Assembly: GCF_025354435.1 (NCBI RefSeq)
Contig: NZ_JANXMU010000024.1
Location: 2,949-66,948 of the forward strand
DNA length: 64,000 bases
Source of the DNA: Rhodoferax sp.
GTDB taxonomy: Bacteria > Pseudomonadota > Gammaproteobacteria > Burkholderiales > Burkholderiaceae_C
Direction: 5' to 3'
Below, piece by piece: positions 63,437 to 64,000 of the stretch (the stretch's first letter is position 1; each line of letters opens with the position of its first letter). The translations under genes were made by a program, and so were the position numbers. The notes under the pieces were generated by a model. The model did not search any database and was not told the origin of the DNA. It saw only the letters and a program-made list of their open reading frames with translations.

Positions 63437-64000
63437 ATGTCCACACCATTGCTCCAAGCCAACGGGCGCGCGTTTGCGCACATTGCCCAGTTCCACCCCG
63501 AGTTGACGGCCTTGCGCCGCGATCTGCATGCCCACCCCGAGCTGGGCTATGAAGAGTTTTATACGGCTGAGCGCGTAACCCAGGCGCTCAAACTCTGCGG
63601 CGTGGACGAGGTGCATACCGGCATTGGCAAAACCGGCGTGGTCGGTGTCATCCACGGGCGCAACCACCATAGCGGACACACCAGCGGCAAGATGGTTGGC
63701 CTGCGCGCCGATATGGACGCGCTGCCCATGACTGAGCAAAACGATTTCGCCTGGAAGTCGGCCAAGGGTGGCCTGATGCACGGCTGTGGCCACGATGGCC
63801 ATACCGCCATGCTGGTTGGTGCAGCCCGCTACCTGGCCGAGACGCGCAACTTCGACGGCACGGTGGCGCTGATCTTCCAACCCGGTGAAGAGGGCTATGC
63901 GGGGGCCAAGGCCATGATCGACGACGGCCTGTTCGAGCGCTTCCCGGTGCAGGCCGTGTTTGGCATGCACAACTGGCCGCACATGCGGCCCGGCATCATC
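63437..64000 (+). CDS. M20 family amidohydrolase (hippurate hydrolase / N-acyl-amino-acid amidohydrolase-like), N-terminal 188 codons, truncated by the window end
   Basis: My own translation from ATG 63437 gives MSTPLLQANGRAFAHIAQFHPELTALRRDLHAHPELGYEEFYTAERV..LRADMDALPM..MHGCGHDGHTAMLVGAA..IFQPGEEG. Confidence 0.85.
   Translation, partial: MSTPLLQANGRAFAHIAQFHPELTALRRDLHAHPELGYEEFYTAERVTQALKLCGVDEVHTGIGKTGVVGVIHGRNHHSGHTSGKMVGLRADMDALPMTEQNDFAWKSAKGGLMHGCGHDGHTAMLVGAARYLAETRNFDGTVALIFQPGEEGYAGAKAMIDDGLFERFPVQAVFGMHNWPHMRPGII

Noticed and set aside
60854-63982. A 1042-aa ORF on the minus strand covering the whole four-module gene and the M20 gene start
   Set aside because: It is antisense to two well-supported genes. 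Its product is Ala/Gly/Arg/His-rich low complexity with no recognisable motifs, typical of a GC-rich shadow ORF.
1-64000. Search for tRNA, rRNA, tmRNA, integrons, toxin-antitoxin pairs and known defence systems
   Set aside because: The intergenic regions are short and none shows cloverleaf-like or rRNA-like sequence. No small paired ORFs or hallmark defence domains (nucleases, TIR, SIR2, reverse transcriptase, STAND ATPases) were seen in any real frame.

Overview
This is a 64-kb high-GC chromosomal core segment. By gene content it looks like a betaproteobacterium of the Burkholderiales/Comamonadaceae type, which is an inference. Genes in order: aerobic cobalamin genes (cobM-cobE-cobL, cobK, cobJ-cobI-cobH-cobG); DUF2076; creA; minCDE; a Tsx-like outer-membrane channel split by one in-frame TAG; two tandem cyanophycin synthetase paralogs facing a divergent ABC exporter plus DUF1854 pair; a disordered hypothetical protein; a YddA/SbmA-type ABC transporter; a 5'-nucleotidase; a complete type II secretion cluster (gspG-H-I-J-K-L-M-N-D-E-F plus a short divergent gspC); ilvA-cobS-cobC; osmC; coq7; two divergent Omp32-type porins; ylqF; lrp; a cysteine desulfurase-rhodanese fusion; a glycine-zipper lipoprotein; an MFS transporter; pqiA (split in two)-pqiB-pqiC; flavin reductase; pgeF; phaC-phaA-phaB; a LysR/pirin pair; a MocR regulator; two c-type cytochromes; a 975-aa multi-enzyme protein; and a partial M20 amidohydrolase. 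I saw no rRNA, tRNA, CRISPR array, transposase, integrase or prophage genes. Two things stand out. (1) At 60443..63370 a protein without a signal peptide chains a peptidoglycan-binding module, a GH19/COG3179 lysozyme-like module, a complete papain (C1) peptidase and a GxSxG alpha/beta-hydrolase. I do not recognise this architecture as a described family. (2) A dispersed, roughly 65-bp AT-rich imperfect-palindrome repeat family has at least 12 copies in this window. At least 6 lie inside coding sequences and stay in frame: they encode the GspD signal peptide, supply the GspK start codon, cover the last codons and stop of three genes (two of these copies are otherwise mostly intergenic), and replace conserved protein segments with little or no length change. 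Most long ORFs antisense to real genes in the supplied track are GC-driven shadow ORFs.
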